Source: the human T2T-CHM13v2.0 reference genome, Homo sapiens
Assembly: GCF_009914755.1 (NCBI RefSeq)
Contig: NC_060932.1
DNA: 64,000 bases
Direction: 5' to 3' (one strand)
Every line of letters begins with the position of its first letter. The first letter of the stretch is position 1. Of the stretch, positions 61,390 to 64,000 are shown one piece after another. The notes under the pieces are model-generated. The model was not told the DNA's origin. It did not search any database and worked only from the letters and a program-made list of their open reading frames with translations. A program made the position numbers and the translations under genes.

Positions 61390-61760
61390 GTATTACCTTG
61401 TTAGGGCTGATATAACAAAATGGCACTGAGTGTGTGGCTTAAGCATTTTCTCAAATTTATTTTCTCATAATTCTAGAGGCTGGAAGTCTAAGATCAAGGT
61501 ATTGGCAGGATTGATTCCTTCTGAGGCCTCTCTCCTTGGCTTGTTTGCAGACGGCCATCCTCTGTCTGTGTTTTCATATGGCCTTCTCTCCATAACTGTG
61601 TCTTATTTTCTCTTATGAGGACATCAGGCATATTGGATTCGAGCCTGTGCTAATGACCTCATTTTAACTTAATCATCTCTTTATAGAAACTTTTTTCCAA
61701 ACATGGTCACATATTGAGGCACTATGAGTTAGGATAACAACATATGATTTTAGGTAGAAG
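61390..61760 (-). mobile_element. MLT1-family MaLR LTR
   Basis: ttctagaggctggaagtctaagatcaaggt...cttctgaggcctctctccttggct. Confidence 0.85.
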
Positions 61761-63708
61761 AGAGTTTATTTCATAAAAGGTACTGTACTGAATAGTTTAG
61801 ATACATTATTTTATTCTATATTAAAAGCCAACCTCTTAGATATAGTTTCATACATACTTTACAGATGAAGAAAGTAAGCAAGATAATAAATAATGATCCC
61901 AAGTTCACACAGGTAGTGAGGTAGAAAGCTCTCACATATAAATCCTGGCGTTCGCACTTTAGTCTCCATACTGGTGACAGCCACACAATATTGCTCTTGA
62001 GATGACCTCATCTTCTAGATGAAAGTGATCTTATGCAAATTTCTTTGGGATCTCTACTTTATATTACAAAAAATCTCTGTTTTCAACATTATTTCCCATC
62101 ATTTATCTTCTTTCTAAGGGGTAATCATCTTATCTAATTGACAAGATTTTACAGCATGCTAGAATTCTCCCCTCTTGTACAGCCTCAGTATTTTTCTTTC
62201 CACAAGATTTTCCTGGTTCCCTCTCTTTCATCATGTGTGATCTAAACCACTCTCAAAGATTCTCTTTCCCATTCCATTTGTTATCAAATTACTTTTAAAA
62301 AGTAAATGATATAAGCCGCTAGCTAGACCCAACTGATTAAAAAAAGTTTTTAATTTTTCTTCCCCCAGTGAAACTTGGACTAATTAACTAATAACCCTTT
62401 CTCAGTTAGTCCTCAATAGGAGCAGTGTACCTAGTTCGTAAAATTTCCTCTGCAGTTACCATTCTGATACACCACTCTTAAGTTTTCCTCTGACATCTCT
62501 TATGGTTAGCAGCAGTTTACATGACTTTCTAAAGCCCATTTGGGTTTAATAGACTGAGAATATTTTATTCATTAAGATTCCTTCAGAGGAGTCATGGTAT
62601 CCCAAGGACATACAATGGTAGGTAATGAAAGTTGGTTGTTAAACTGCTTGCAAAAGAAGATAACCCTACTAACTATGCCCTTGATATTGTTCCTGTGAGT
62701 CTGAAAATGAGAGGGAGAACGGGCCGCAGGACAGGGAGTAAGTGGAAATTGGAACAGCCTGAATTGCTTTGCCTACTGCAGATAAGAGACTCCCCCAGGT
62801 AGGCTCTCTCTGGGAGGAAGAACCTACAGTTGTAAATTTCGACAACTATGATTGGTGGCTAAAGGGTTGACAAGGGACCTGAAAGAATATACATGCATTA
62901 TCAGGGCTTTTAATTGTGTTAGTTGTGGAGTATAGAATGTACCCATATTGATCTGTTCCCCTGAAAACGTTTAATACCTATATGTTGTTAATTACTACTG
63001 TGTATGTGTGTCTGTGTGCGTGAGAGAGAGAATAGTTCTTTAGGAAAATTCAAAGAGGCTCTAATTTTTAAATCTAGGTGGAAAATAAGATTTAAGAGTC
63101 ATTATGATAAAGGGCTGGTTCATATCTAAATACAGCATCTGCATATAAGACAATTAAAAGGGGAAAAATCAAACATATAAAGACAAGTTTCTAGTATGCC
63201 ATCCAATGTTTCATAAAATAATTCACTGCATTTATTCATATTCAATAAGATTATCTACATAGAGAAATAAAATTGGAATCCATTAATTATCCACAAACTT
63301 CATATGATTTAAAAGCACTTTTAGGTTACATACACACGTGGATTTAAGATTAGTTATCCAGATTACCATTTTGGAATATAGAGTTTACATATTCTGTCTC
63401 TCTTTTTTGTTGAAATCAAAAATTACCCACACACCACAAAACTCTAAAGCAAAATTATTTATGGTCTAAAACTGACCAGTATTACTCAATTTTAATGTAA
63501 ATTCTTCTTTGTTTTGTATTAGTCTTCCTTTTAGAAAACTAGTTTATTTCTGTACAGCCATGAGGTAATAAGTAACAAAATCCTTAAGGATGATAGTGAT
63601 TATATTATTTACAATTAATCTTCCTCCTAAGAGTCACAACGTTAAAAGGAAAGGGGAAAGGACACTTTCTAATGTGAACACTATGCATATTCCAGAAGGA
63701 ATACTTAT

Positions 63709-63954
63709 CATGCTAGGTCAACAGGGGCTTCCATTTTTATCCAAAGTTCTATCGCAATTTCTCATTTAATTTCACTACAGCAAAACCTTTCCGTACCACC
63801 CACCAAATAGAGGAGGCGTAATTTAGTTCTTATATAATAAACAGCATCTGCATATGGAAATGGTCTCCCTAGCTCCTTTTGCAAGCACATCTATAGGCCT
63901 TATTACAAAGTCAACACTTTCTTTATTCTTTGGGGATGGGGTCAAAATTGGCAG
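63709..63954 (-). pseudogene. Candidate fossil exon: LPILTPSPKNKESVDFVIRPIDVLAKGARETISICRCCLLYKN*ITPPLFGGW
   Basis: Acceptor cacgtttttag. The peptide aligns without gaps to PIITNSEHRFRGVDFHHLP. Donor apparently mutated (G|ATAAGT). Confidence 0.45.
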
Positions 63955-64000
63955 CTAAAAACGTGAAGCATATAATAATAAAATGCATAAGTGATTGTAG

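Overview
AT-rich, repeat-dense primate (human-like) genomic DNA containing Alu, L1, L2, MIR, MLT/MER LTRs, Tigger3 and MER58. I see no intact protein-coding gene, CpG island or RNA gene. The ORF track is almost entirely repeat-derived or spurious. Main result: between the repeats lies a decayed, spliced multi-exon gene on the minus strand that spans essentially the whole window. I find about 28 candidate exons from ~63.9 kb down to ~5.4 kb, about 5 kb of former CDS. Eight consecutive exons (16886 to 5380) have AG/GT boundaries and join in phase with no frameshift, but carry 7 in-frame stops, which points to an unprocessed, possibly unitary, pseudogene. The reconstructed protein is not one I recognise. 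It appears to be built from tandem copies of one domain (e.g. PILTPSPKNKESVDFVIRP vs PIITNSEHRFRGVDFHHLP), whose motifs loosely recall fungal HET/TIR-like domains; that resemblance is inference only. Also present: a DBI/ACBP processed pseudogene, two near-sister L1PA copies sharing non-consensus variants, an L1 with a 30-nt LTR-like 3' transduction, two twin-primed L1s, and an MLT2A LTR with a perfect DUX4 motif.
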